A DNA stretch of 64,000 bases, taken from Dehalococcoidia bacterium. GTDB lineage: Bacteria; Chloroflexota; Dehalococcoidia; UBA2979. The position numbers and the translations under genes are program-made. Each line of letters begins with the position of its first letter. Within the stretch, counting starts at the first letter, position 1. This document shows positions 28,889 to 38,144 of the stretch, piece by piece. The notes below the pieces were generated by a model, which ran no database searches, was not told the origin of the DNA, and saw nothing but the letters and a program-made list of their open reading frames with translations. Location: positions 64,001-128,000 of the forward strand of contig OZ219868.1 in NCBI GenBank assembly GCA_964291495.2. The letters run 5' to 3'.

Positions 28889-30349
28889 TCAGCGGCGACG
28901 TTCGAGTCTCATCGGCATGCCGCCCTTCACCTTGAGGCTCATGCGAGGCACAACTTCCGCCTTGCCGGTCGCGTCGGCGCGCCAACGACGGCACAGGCTA
29001 GCCAGCGCGATCTTCGCCTCCATCCACGCGAAGCCCTCGCCGATGCACTGGTGTGGGCCTCCCCCGAAGGGGAAGTACGCGAAGCGCGGCAGCTCACTGC
29101 GGAACTCGTCCGTCCAGCGCCCGGGGCGGAACTCCAGCGGATCCTCGAACCAGCGCGGATCGCGCTGCGTGATGAACGGCGCTGCTATCACCGTGACGCC
29201 CGCCGGGACGTGGTATCCGCCCACGTCGATGGGCTCGTACACCATCCTGCCCAGCGCCCAGAACGGCGGATAGAGCCTCAGTGTCTCCGTGATGATCTGG
29301 TCGGTGAGGGGCAGCTGGGGCAAGTCGTCGAGTGTCACTTCGCGATCGCCCAGCACACCGTCCAACTCCGCATGGAACCGCTCTTCCACGTCGGGGTTCC
29401 GCGAAAGGAGATGGAACGCGTACGCGAGGGTCGTCGCCGTGGTGTCGTGCCCGGCGAGGTACAGAGAGACCGCCTCGTCACGCACCAGCTCGTCGCTCAT
29501 CCCGCCGGCGTCCTCGCCTTCCGCATCCTCGTACCTGGCCTGTAGCAGCATGCACAGCAGGTCGTCCCCCTCGGCCCCGGACTGCCGGCGTTCGCGGATC
29601 AGGCCGAAGATCAGGTCGTCCAGGTAGGCGCGAGCAGCCTTGAAGCGCCTCGAGGAAGGCAGCGGCAGACGATGGAGCAGGTGCCGCAGGAACACCGGCT
29701 GGGTCAGGCGGAGATACATGTACCTGTCGGCCTCCGCGAACGACTCACCCACGCGCCGGACCACCTCGCTCGTCTCGATATCGAACAGGGCCTTGGCCAC
29801 CATCTGGAGCGTCAAGTCCCGCATCTCCTGCTCCATGTCCACACTGGCGCCGTCCTGCCACTGCCGGGACTTCCGGGACGAGATGTCGGTCATCGCGTGA
29901 GCGTATTTCTCGATGAACCTGTGATGGAACCGGGGCTGTATCAGCCGCCGCTGCTGCAGGTGAAAGGCTCCCGTGGATGCGACGAGGCCGTCTCCCATCA
30001 TCCAGCGCACGGTCTCGAACGCAGCGGCGCCCCTGCCGGTATTCTGGTGGTTGGTCACCAGGACCTGCTGGTTGAGTTCCGGGTGATTCACGAGATAGAT
30101 CAGGATCGGCTTCATCGCCACGGTGCTGACATCACCGTACGTGGCGGCCTCCTGCAACAGACCAATCAAGTCGGACCGCAGGCGGAACGCCTGCCCGAGC
30201 ACTGGCAGCCCGGATGGCCCAGGGGGGCGTTCAGCTGACTGGATGGACGGTCTGGGAGGATCGGAGAGCGGCTCGGCGTTGGTCGTGACCGACTGTGCCG
30301 GGCGTGGCTGCATCACGCTATCCCGTTCGCCGGAGATGGCCGGCGCCAC
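28889..30349 (-). CDS. Cytochrome P450 (canonical)
   Basis: PPGP, AGHDTTA I-helix, ETLR, FRPGRW, FGGGPHQCIG; alternative start ATG 30313. Confidence 0.93.
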   Translation of the reverse strand: MAPAISGERDSVMQPRPAQSVTTNAEPLSDPPRPSIQSAERPPGPSGLPVLGQAFRLRSDLIGLLQEAATYGDVSTVAMKPILIYLVNHPELNQQVLVTNHQNTGRGAAAFETVRWMMGDGLVASTGAFHLQQRRLIQPRFHHRFIEKYAHAMTDISSRKSRQWQDGASVDMEQEMRDLTLQMVAKALFDIETSEVVRRVGESFAEADRYMYLRLTQPVFLRHLLHRLPLPSSRRFKAARAYLDDLIFGLIRERRQSGAEGDDLLCMLLQARYEDAEGEDAGGMSDELVRDEAVSLYLAGHDTTATTLAYAFHLLSRNPDVEERFHAELDGVLGDREVTLDDLPQLPLTDQIITETLRLYPPFWALGRMVYEPIDVGGYHVPAGVTVIAAPFITQRDPRWFEDPLEFRPGRWTDEFRSELPRFAYFPFGGGPHQCIGEGFAWMEAKIALASLCRRWRADATGKAEVVPRMSLKVKGGMPMRLERRR

Positions 30350-30580
30350 TGCGGGAGGCGAAAGCCCGGCGCGTCCAGCGATGCGAATCTGTGATCCTGC
30401 AATGGATCCTAGCTACCGGTTGTTCTGGTTTCGTCCAGCGAGGACCATCAGTTGTATAAAATACTGTGCAATGTCTTCAGCGAAGGGTATCCTCCCTCGG
30501 GGTGACTGCTACTGAGGGCGCCGGCTCCCATAACAGCCGCATATGCCCGCTGCTGAGGTCGAGATTCCGGGAAGGCGACT

Positions 30581-32980
30581 ATGACGGACGCTGATCAGCG
30601 AGACGCCGAGAACGGGGCCCTCCGACACCGGCTGTCCCGACTCAGCGAGGCCAGCCTCAGGATCAATGAAAGCCTCGATCTCGATCGAGTACTCCAGGGC
30701 GTCATGGAGAGCACGCGGGCGCTCACCGGCGCTCGGGCCGGCGTCATGCTGCTCTTCGACGACTCGCTCCAGGTCCAACACGCGCTCACGTCGGGGCTGA
30801 CGGTGGCGGAACAGGCGCAGTTGTGGCAGATGGAAGACGGGATGCTCCTCTTCAACCACATCGGCGGTCTCACATCGACGGTTCGGCACCCCGACTTCAG
30901 CGCGTATCTGAGGGACCTGGGGCTCCCGGACTTCGATTCCCCACTGGACGTGCACTCACCGCTCCCGTTTCTCTTCACTCCCATCACCTACGAAGGCAAA
31001 CCGATCGGCGCGATCTACCTCGGCGACAAGCCGACCGGTGAGGAGTTCACGCAGGAGGATGAAGAGACCCTCGTCATGTTCGCGTCCCAAGCCGCGCTGG
31101 TGATCGCGAACGCCCGCTACCACCGGGACGAGCGACGTGCACGCAATGACCTCGAGGCACTGATCGATTCCACCCCCGTGGCGGTGCTCGTGTTTGACCC
31201 AGGCACAGGCCTTCCGGTCTCGTTCAACCGCGAGGTTATTCGGCTGGCCAACGAGCTGAGCTCTCCGGATCAAAGCCCGGAGGACGTGCTGAAGGTCCTG
31301 ACGGTGCGCCGGGCGGATGGTGAGGAAGTCTCCCTCCAGGAATTGCCGCTGACGACCGCGCTGCGTACCGGCGAGACGGTGCGCGCTGAAGAGATCGCGC
31401 TCTCCGTCCCTGATGGGCGCAGCCTGACCGCACTGCTCAACGTCACCCCAATCCACTCGGAGGCGGGGGCGGTCGAGTCCGTGGTCGTCACGGTGCAGGA
31501 TTTGCGGCCTCTGGAAGAAGCAGAGCGCATGCGGGCCGAGTTCCTGGCCATGGTCAGCCACGAGCTGCGTACCCCGCTGAGTTCGATCCGGGGTTCCGCG
31601 GACACCCTGCTGGACGAACAGGCCGAGCTCCAGCCGGCCGAGGCGCGCGAGTTCTTCCGGATCATTCACGACCAGGCCGGGCGCATGCGCCGACTCATCA
31701 GCGACCTCCTGGACGTGGCCCAGATCCAGACCGGCAACCTCTCCGTCTCTGCCACGCCGGAAGAGGTACGCAACCTTGTGGACGAGGCGAGGAACTCCTT
31801 CGCGTCTTCAGGCGGCCAGAACAACATCCATGTTGAGCTGCCCCCGGACCTCCCGCTCGTGATGGCTGACCGCCCGCGTATCGTTCAGGTCATCACCAAC
31901 CTGCTGTCCAACGCTGCTCGCCACTCGCCCGACCTCTCGACAGTTCGACTGAGTGCCGAGTCCCGGGGCCTGCATGTCGCCGTTACCGTCTCGGACCAGG
32001 GAAGCGGCTTCCCGGCCGAGCAGCTCCCCCAGCTCTTCCGGAAGTTCGCACGCGCCGAGGGCGAAGAGGCAGATACGGGGCTCGGCCTGGCTATCTGCAA
32101 GGGCATCGTCGAGGCGCACGGGGGGAGGATCTGGGCAGAGAGCGACGGACCAGGACAGGGTGCGAGCTTCACGTTCACGCTGCCACACGTGGCGCGGGAG
32201 CCGGCGCCGGAGCCAGTCCGTGACTCCGCCCGCTCGCAACGTGCCTCCCACGCTGAGCAGCCTCGAGTCCTGGTGGTCGACGACGACCCCCAGATGCTCA
32301 GATACGTCCGCGATGTCCTGACCCGGGCGAACTACGCCTCGACCGTGACCGGGGAGCCGGCTGAGGTCCCCGACTTGATGCACCAGGTCGAGCCGCATCT
32401 GGTCTTGCTCGACCTGGTACTGCCTGGCGCTGACGGGATCGAGTTGATGCAGACGATCCGCAATATCGGCCGGGTGCCGGTCATCTTCCTGTCCGCATAC
32501 GGCCAGGACGATGTGATCGCACGCGCATTCGAAATGGGGGCGGCCGACTACGTGGTCAAGCCCTTCTCGCCGACCGAGTTGACAGCGAGGATCCAGGCCG
32601 CATTGCGTCGCGAGAGCGAGCAATCGGGCCAGGCCGTGATCGTCGCGCCGTACATGGTGGGGGATCTCACCATCGACCACGGGCAACGTCGGGTGACCGT
32701 CGCTGGCCGACCGGTTGAGCTCACCGACACCGAGTACCGGCTGCTCGCCGAACTGGCAGCCAACGCAGGCCGCATCATGACGCACGAGCAGCTGACTCAA
32801 CGCCTCTGGGGACCGTACAAGCCCGCCGGCTCGGCCCCCGTGCGAGGGATCGTCACGCGGCTGCGCCGCAAGCTGGGCGACGACGCGTCCAATCCGACGT
32901 ACATCTTCACGAGGCATCGCGTCGGCTACTGGATCGCGAAGGGCGGTGAGGGCGATGGAGAACAGTCCTCGGGCAGGTAA
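30581..32980 (+). CDS. Hybrid GAF-PAS-histidine kinase-receiver-OmpR wHTH regulator (paralog 1)
   Basis: SHELRTPL H-box, NLLSNA, DQGSG, GLGLAIC; VVDDD/LLD/KPF receiver; LRRKLGDD..NPTYIFT..VGY Trans_reg_C. Confidence 0.92.
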   Translation: MTDADQRDAENGALRHRLSRLSEASLRINESLDLDRVLQGVMESTRALTGARAGVMLLFDDSLQVQHALTSGLTVAEQAQLWQMEDGMLLFNHIGGLTSTVRHPDFSAYLRDLGLPDFDSPLDVHSPLPFLFTPITYEGKPIGAIYLGDKPTGEEFTQEDEETLVMFASQAALVIANARYHRDERRARNDLEALIDSTPVAVLVFDPGTGLPVSFNREVIRLANELSSPDQSPEDVLKVLTVRRADGEEVSLQELPLTTALRTGETVRAEEIALSVPDGRSLTALLNVTPIHSEAGAVESVVVTVQDLRPLEEAERMRAEFLAMVSHELRTPLSSIRGSADTLLDEQAELQPAEAREFFRIIHDQAGRMRRLISDLLDVAQIQTGNLSVSATPEEVRNLVDEARNSFASSGGQNNIHVELPPDLPLVMADRPRIVQVITNLLSNAARHSPDLSTVRLSAESRGLHVAVTVSDQGSGFPAEQLPQLFRKFARAEGEEADTGLGLAICKGIVEAHGGRIWAESDGPGQGASFTFTLPHVAREPAPEPVRDSARSQRASHAEQPRVLVVDDDPQMLRYVRDVLTRANYASTVTGEPAEVPDLMHQVEPHLVLLDLVLPGADGIELMQTIRNIGRVPVIFLSAYGQDDVIARAFEMGAADYVVKPFSPTELTARIQAALRRESEQSGQAVIVAPYMVGDLTIDHGQRRVTVAGRPVELTDTEYRLLAELAANAGRIMTHEQLTQRLWGPYKPAGSAPVRGIVTRLRRKLGDDASNPTYIFTRHRVGYWIAKGGEGDGEQSSGR

Positions 32981-33299
32981 CCCGCGCGAGGGAACAACGC
33001 CCGGCACCGCCTTCGTTCGTCGCCCCTGGGTTCCTCCAATGCGTCGCCTGAGGTATCTCGCGAGGCCGCGCACCGCGCGTGGATGGAGGCATCCATCTCG
33101 TTGTTGGGACGGTGCAGATCCCGAAGCTGGATCAGGCTTCCACCCTCGCCTGACGGCCCTCCCCTCGCGGACTCGCCGCTGAGCCATCCCCGGCCTGGGG
33201 CGAAGTCCCACAGACATGAGCGTGGACCTGGTCTGAGTCTGGTCGCCCGCATCTCGGGCGGTCAGCTCGTGAAGGCAGTCGCCTTCAATCGCGGTCACC

Positions 33300-33553
33300 C
33301 GGGCTGGATCAGGCCCTGCGGACGATATTGCCGAGCGCTGCTCTCGCAGGGCGCCACCACCCAGGAACATGGGCGTCACTGTTCAAAGCGACAAGATCCA
33401 GCGTGTGCCCGCGGGGGTGACGGTGGCGCTCTCGAGGCGCGCCGATCGCGATTGAGCGGTGACAGCACGGTCGATGCGCGCGCATCCAATGTCGTCGCCA
33501 CGGTGTCCAAGACTAACGACTCTTCGATTCTGCCCAACCGACGAGGCTGGTGA
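33300..33553 (+). pseudogene. Degenerate gene fragment, possibly MazF/PemK-like
   Basis: VTVQSDKIQRVPAGVTVALS, then frame-shifted LSGDSTV...NVVATVSK. Confidence 0.3.
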
Positions 33554-33700
33554 CGCCGCCGCGTCCCCGCTGCGAATCCCGACCGCCAGGATTCTCGTCG
33601 GGCCTGTCCCCGCACCAGCGACGACGCGACTCGCCCGCTGGCCTTCCGAAGCCGATCCGTTGCTGAGTCCACCCTCTTCTGGATCCCAGAGGGTTTCCTC

Positions 33701-36145
33701 CTACTTCGCCTGCCCCTCGCCCTTCGGCATGCGGTAGCCGACGCGTGGCTCGGCGAAGAAATAGGTCGGGTTGCTGGCGTTCTCGCCAAGCTTGCTGCGA
33801 AGCCGTCTCAGGTGGGTGCGCAGGGCGCGCAGGTCGTTCGGCCGTTTGGCTCCCCAGATTCTCCGCAGCAGTTCGTCGTGGGTCACCACCCGCCCGGCGT
33901 TGACCGACAGCTCGTACAGCAGTTGATACTCCTTGGCCCGCAGCTCCACGGGCTGTCCGTCAAGGGTGACGCGACGCGAGGCGTAGTCGATGGCCAGGTC
34001 GCCGTATGCGTAGGGCTCCGGCGGGTGGAGCTTGTAGGAACGCTCCTGCCGTCGCAACGCCGCCCTGACCCTGGCGACCAGCTCCGTCTGCGAGAAGGGC
34101 TTAACGATGTAGTCGGCCGCCCCTGCCTCGAAGGCCTCCGCGACCACCTCGTCGCGACCGTAGGCGGAGATGAAGATAACCGGCACGTCGGCGACAGCCA
34201 GGATGTCGCGCATCACGGTAATCCCGTCGGCGCCTGGCAGCATCAGGTCGAGCAGGACAAGGCCGGGATGGTGCTCCTCCATGGCGAGAAGCACCGCCTG
34301 CGGCTCGGCGATGACGATTGGCTTGAAGCCGGCATCGGCGAGCGCCCTGCGGACGTAGCGAAGGGTCTGTGGATCATCGTCCACCACGAGAATGGTCTCC
34401 CCGGGATTGGCTTCCGGTTGCGCACGTACCGCGGGCCGGATCAGCTCGGGCGGGGCGTCGTCCACCGTAGGCAGGGTGAAGACAAACCGCGCTCCCAGTC
34501 CCGGCCCCTCGCTCTCGGCCCAGATGCGCCCCCCATGGGCTTCCACGATCCCCTTGCAGATGGCCAGCCCCAGGCCCGTGTCTCCACCGCGGTCTTCGTC
34601 TTCGCCGCGGGAGAACTTGCGGAAGAGGTGGGGTAACCGCTCGGAGGGTATTCCTCTCCCCTCGTCCACAACCGAGACCTCGACGTGGACTCCGTCCCGC
34701 ACGGCGGAGAGCCGGATGGCGGACGATTCCGGTGAGTGCCTGGCGGCGTTGGCCAGGAGATTGCCGATCACCTGGACCACGCGCCGCCGGTCGGCCATCA
34801 CCAATGGCAGGTCGGGCGCCAAATCGATCTCGAGACTGCCCCGACCTCCTGCGCTCCTGAAGGTGTTTCGGGCCCGGTCTACCAGTGCGGCCAATTCTGC
34901 CGGTTCGGGGTGGATCGGCAGCGTGCCGGTCTCGATCCGGGCCACGTCCAGGAGGTCGCCGATCAGGTCGCGCATGCTGCCGGCCTGTTCGAGGATGATG
35001 CGCAGGAACTGGCGCATCTCCACGGGATCGAGATCCTCCGTGTCTTCCAGCATGGCCATCACCGAGCCCCAGATGGAGGTCAGCGGCATGCGCAACTCGT
35101 GGCTCACGATGCCCAGGAACTCGGCACGCAGCCGTTCCATCTCCTCCAGAGGCATCATGTCCTGGATGGTGACGACCACCGACTCCACCTCGCCCGCCTC
35201 CGAGCGGATGGGCGTGGCGTTGAGGAGCACGGCGACGCTCCGACCATCGGGAACCTCCAGAACGATCTCCTCGGCCCGCACTGTCTCCGTCCTGCTGAGG
35301 GTCTCGGCCAGAGGGAACTCGAGCAGGGAGATTGTCGTTCCGTCGGCGCGGCGCACGGTGATCACGTCCAGCAACTGCTCCGCCGTCTGCTCCGGACTCC
35401 GCAGCCCGTCGACGATCCTCCGCGCCTCCTTGTTGATCGACACTGGCGCGCCGCGTGGCATGTCGAAGACGACCACACCCACGGGGGATGTATCGATCAG
35501 GGTCTCCAGGTCAGCTCTGGCACGCCGCTCATCCCGGTGCCTTCGGGCGTTGGCGATGACCAGCGCCGCCTGCGAAGCGAGCATCACGAGGGTCTCCTCG
35601 TCTTCCTGCGTGAACTCGCCGCCGGTCTTCTCGTTGCTCAGGTGGATACTGCCCACGCTCTTGCTACGGTGGCGTACGGGGACGCCGAGAAAGGCGCTGA
35701 TTGGCACAGGAGTGTGCAATTCGCCAAGGCCCACTGCCCTGGCATGGCTCCCCAGGTCCGCCACCCGAACCGGGGCCGTAATCGTGCAGAGGTACTCGAA
35801 GAACCCTTGCCCGTTGGGGATCTCCCAGAGACGCCGGGCCTCGTCGACGGTGAGTCCGGAGACGCGAAGGTCCTCCATTCCTCCCTGCTCGTCGAGGGTG
35901 GTGATGACGGCGTAGCGGGCACCCGTGAGCGTCCGGGCGCTGTCCAATACGCGCTGAAGGACATCATCGAGGTCGAGGCTCTCGTTGATCCGAAGACTGG
36001 CGTCGCTCAGGCGGGAGAGCCGGTCGCGCAGCGTCGCCATCTGCCGGTCGCGAGCATCCGGTTCCGTCAATCTGTCCTCCCTGGCCCTAGGGTCGGCGGG
36101 CACCGAGCCGGTGCGTGGTTCGAGTTGCCGGACGGGGTCCGACAT
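33701..36145 (-). CDS. Hybrid GAF-PAS-histidine kinase-receiver-OmpR wHTH regulator (paralog 2)
   Basis: SHELRMPL, NLLANA, DEGRG, GLGLAIC; VVDDD...KPF; LRSKLGEN..NPTYFF..RVGY. Confidence 0.92.
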   Translation of the reverse strand: MSDPVRQLEPRTGSVPADPRAREDRLTEPDARDRQMATLRDRLSRLSDASLRINESLDLDDVLQRVLDSARTLTGARYAVITTLDEQGGMEDLRVSGLTVDEARRLWEIPNGQGFFEYLCTITAPVRVADLGSHARAVGLGELHTPVPISAFLGVPVRHRSKSVGSIHLSNEKTGGEFTQEDEETLVMLASQAALVIANARRHRDERRARADLETLIDTSPVGVVVFDMPRGAPVSINKEARRIVDGLRSPEQTAEQLLDVITVRRADGTTISLLEFPLAETLSRTETVRAEEIVLEVPDGRSVAVLLNATPIRSEAGEVESVVVTIQDMMPLEEMERLRAEFLGIVSHELRMPLTSIWGSVMAMLEDTEDLDPVEMRQFLRIILEQAGSMRDLIGDLLDVARIETGTLPIHPEPAELAALVDRARNTFRSAGGRGSLEIDLAPDLPLVMADRRRVVQVIGNLLANAARHSPESSAIRLSAVRDGVHVEVSVVDEGRGIPSERLPHLFRKFSRGEDEDRGGDTGLGLAICKGIVEAHGGRIWAESEGPGLGARFVFTLPTVDDAPPELIRPAVRAQPEANPGETILVVDDDPQTLRYVRRALADAGFKPIVIAEPQAVLLAMEEHHPGLVLLDLMLPGADGITVMRDILAVADVPVIFISAYGRDEVVAEAFEAGAADYIVKPFSQTELVARVRAALRRQERSYKLHPPEPYAYGDLAIDYASRRVTLDGQPVELRAKEYQLLYELSVNAGRVVTHDELLRRIWGAKRPNDLRALRTHLRRLRSKLGENASNPTYFFAEPRVGYRMPKGEGQAK

Positions 36146-36339
36146 TGGCTCCGACGGACCGTTCTGCGCTCTCAGGCAGATGTGAGCGAAATATAATCGC
36201 GATGGTCCAGAATGTCATCCCCGTGTCATCTTACGGGCGCTAGACTTTCAGATACTTGTTGCCGCTGATGACGGCGTCGCCCGCAGCAAGCGAGTGGGGC
36301 ACCCTCGTTCTTGCTACAGCCCGCAGGGAGGTATGACCG

Positions 36340-36564
36340 GTGGCCCGAGATAGCGAGCCATGCGCGGGAGAGATCCCTGCGCTTCAGCAGGAGCTGCGCC
36401 GGGAGTTCGCCAGCCTGCGGGAGCGATGCGCCGCCGCTGATCACCGGCTAGAGAGCATCGATGACACTCTCGACAGATTCGAGGTCAAGTTACAGCGTAT
36501 CGAGGCCGTCCTGGCGCGCGCGTTCCAGGACGAGTACGCCGCCACCCGGCGCTCCGGCATCTAG
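36340..36564 (+). CDS. Small coiled-coil hypothetical protein
   Basis: 74 aa with heptad pattern (LQQELRREFASLRE...LESIDDTLDRFEVKL); GGAGG nearby. Confidence 0.45.
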   Translation: MARDSEPCAGEIPALQQELRREFASLRERCAAADHRLESIDDTLDRFEVKLQRIEAVLARAFQDEYAATRRSGI

Positions 36565-36620
36565 GCCTGGACAAGAGGCGCCATTGGTGTGGTGGACAGA
36601 GGGTAGGTGAGCGGGCAGGG

Positions 36621-36725
36621 CTCACCGAGCGGTCGTCGCCCCACGACTTGATGTCCGGTCGGGCGGCGTTCGTCGAGACCGAGCTTGGCAGGTTCCGGGA
36701 GCGCTCCTCGATGGGCAAGCGCGGT
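36621..36725 (+). pseudogene. Possible serine recombinase remnant
   Basis: AAFVETELGRFRERSSMGKRG resembles the helix-E A..E....ER...G motif of resolvase/large serine recombinases; 200 bp from tRNA-Gln. Confidence 0.35.
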
Positions 36726-36922
36726 CCCGCCAGCCGACATCGAGATCGTGTACGTCAACTAGGCCTCGTCGCTCAGTGCTCGCTGCGTCTTCGCGCTTGT
36801 CTCCCGCGGCCTTGTTGTCCGCCCGTTCATGCTTCGGTTGCAGAACGCCCGGCGGATGGATGCTAACGCCGGAAGATGGAGGACCCTGTGTCAGGCCCTC
36901 GCGAGGGGCGCCATTCGTGAGG

Positions 36923-36996
36923 TGGCTGCCGGGGGAGGAATCGAACCTCCATCAAGGGATCCAAAGTCCCCTGTGCTACCGTTACACCACCCGGCA
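36923..36996 (-). tRNA. tRNA-Gln(TTG)
   Basis: Reverse complement TGCCGGGTGGTGTAACGGTAGCAC...CTTTGGA...GGTTCGATTCC...CCCGGCAGCCA. Confidence 0.95.
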
Positions 36997-37044
36997 GCGG
37001 GTTCACGCTTCCTTCGATTGTGCGCGGTTCGGCGAAACTCCGGT

Positions 37045-37068
37045 AGGGGCCGCCCGTTCGCGGCCCCT
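37045..37068. terminator. Hairpin after mscS stop
   Basis: aggggccgc-ccgttc-gcggcccct. Confidence 0.45.
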
Positions 37069-37076
37069 TCGCGCCC

Positions 37077-38135
37077 TCAGTCCGCCGAGGGCGACGGTTG
37101 GCCGTACACGTGCACGGCGCGGGTCGGGAAGGCGAACTCGATGCCGGCCTCGCGGAAGCGACGCAGCAGTTCGAGGCTGATTGCCTGCTGCGTGTCCATG
37201 TAGACGCCGTACTCCGAGGTCACCATGAAGTAGACGGCCTCGAACTCCAGCGCCGACTCGCCGAGGCCGCGCAAGTGCGCACGACTGAAACGCGCCGTGG
37301 AGTGCTGTTCGACCGCCTCCCGGATCAGCTCCGGGATCGCCTCGAGTTGATCGAGGTCCGTGTCGTAGGTGACGCCGAGGGTGAACACCACCCGGCGCTC
37401 ATCCATCCGCTCGTAGTTGCGGATCCGCGAGTTCAGCAGGTCGCTGTTGCCGATCACGAGTAGCTCGCCGTCGAGGCTGCGCAGGTGCGTCGTCTTGACC
37501 CCGATCCGCTCGACGCTCCCCGACATCTCGCCCGCCGCGATGAAGTCGCCGACGGCGAACGGGCGGTCCAGGACGATCGCAAGGGAGGCGAATAGATCGC
37601 CGAGGATGCTCTGCGCCGCCAGCGCAATCGCGATGCCCCCGATCCCGAGTCCCGCCACCAGTGCGGTGACCTGCACGCCCAGGTTGTCGAGGGCGAGGAT
37701 CAGCAACAGCGACCAGAGCGCCAGCGTGCCGATGTAGCGACCCGCCTCGGTGACTCCCGGGGCGGCGAAGTCCGGGTCGTGCTCACGCTGCCAGCGGGAG
37801 GCGAAGGTGATCGCCGCGCTGCCCCAGAGACCACCCTGGATGAGCAGCGCGACGACTGCGATGGACCGGGCAGCTTGCTCGAGTTCGCGCGGGATCTCGA
37901 TGGCGAGCGAGCCGGCGAAGAGTGCGACGATCAGGATGACGATTTCGTGGGTGCGACGCTCGATCGCGGCCGCGAGGCCTCGCAGCGGGGTCGCCGCGCC
38001 AAGCTGCGGGCCGCGCTCGGTGAAGCGCACGAGCGCCCAGCGCAGCAGCAGCAACCCGGCAAAGACGCCGGCGGCGATCAGTACGGCTGCGACCCAGGCC
38101 TCGCCGCTGTTGTCCCTGAAGGTATCGAGGTCCAT
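37077..38135 (-). CDS. Small-conductance mechanosensitive channel (MscS family)
   Basis: LVAGLGIGGIAIALAAQ, DRPFAVGDFI, G.VERIG.KTT, GIEFAFPT. Confidence 0.93.
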   Translation of the reverse strand: MDLDTFRDNSGEAWVAAVLIAAGVFAGLLLLRWALVRFTERGPQLGAATPLRGLAAAIERRTHEIVILIVALFAGSLAIEIPRELEQAARSIAVVALLIQGGLWGSAAITFASRWQREHDPDFAAPGVTEAGRYIGTLALWSLLLILALDNLGVQVTALVAGLGIGGIAIALAAQSILGDLFASLAIVLDRPFAVGDFIAAGEMSGSVERIGVKTTHLRSLDGELLVIGNSDLLNSRIRNYERMDERRVVFTLGVTYDTDLDQLEAIPELIREAVEQHSTARFSRAHLRGLGESALEFEAVYFMVTSEYGVYMDTQQAISLELLRRFREAGIEFAFPTRAVHVYGQPSPSAD

Positions 38136-38144
38136 GCGCTGATC

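Larger units (their letters stand above)
12250..36922. mobile_element. Putative decayed genomic island(s) abutting the tRNA-Gln 3' end
   Basis: Visibly more A/T at third codon positions than the flanks, accessory content, paralog duplications, gene remnants, tRNA at the right edge; no intact integrase or att repeat seen; left boundary approximate. Confidence 0.5.

Noticed and set aside
12514-36145. De novo sterol or hopanoid biosynthesis cluster
   Set aside because: No squalene synthase, epoxidase or cyclase (DCTAE/DxDD, QW repeats) in the window; they could exist elsewhere
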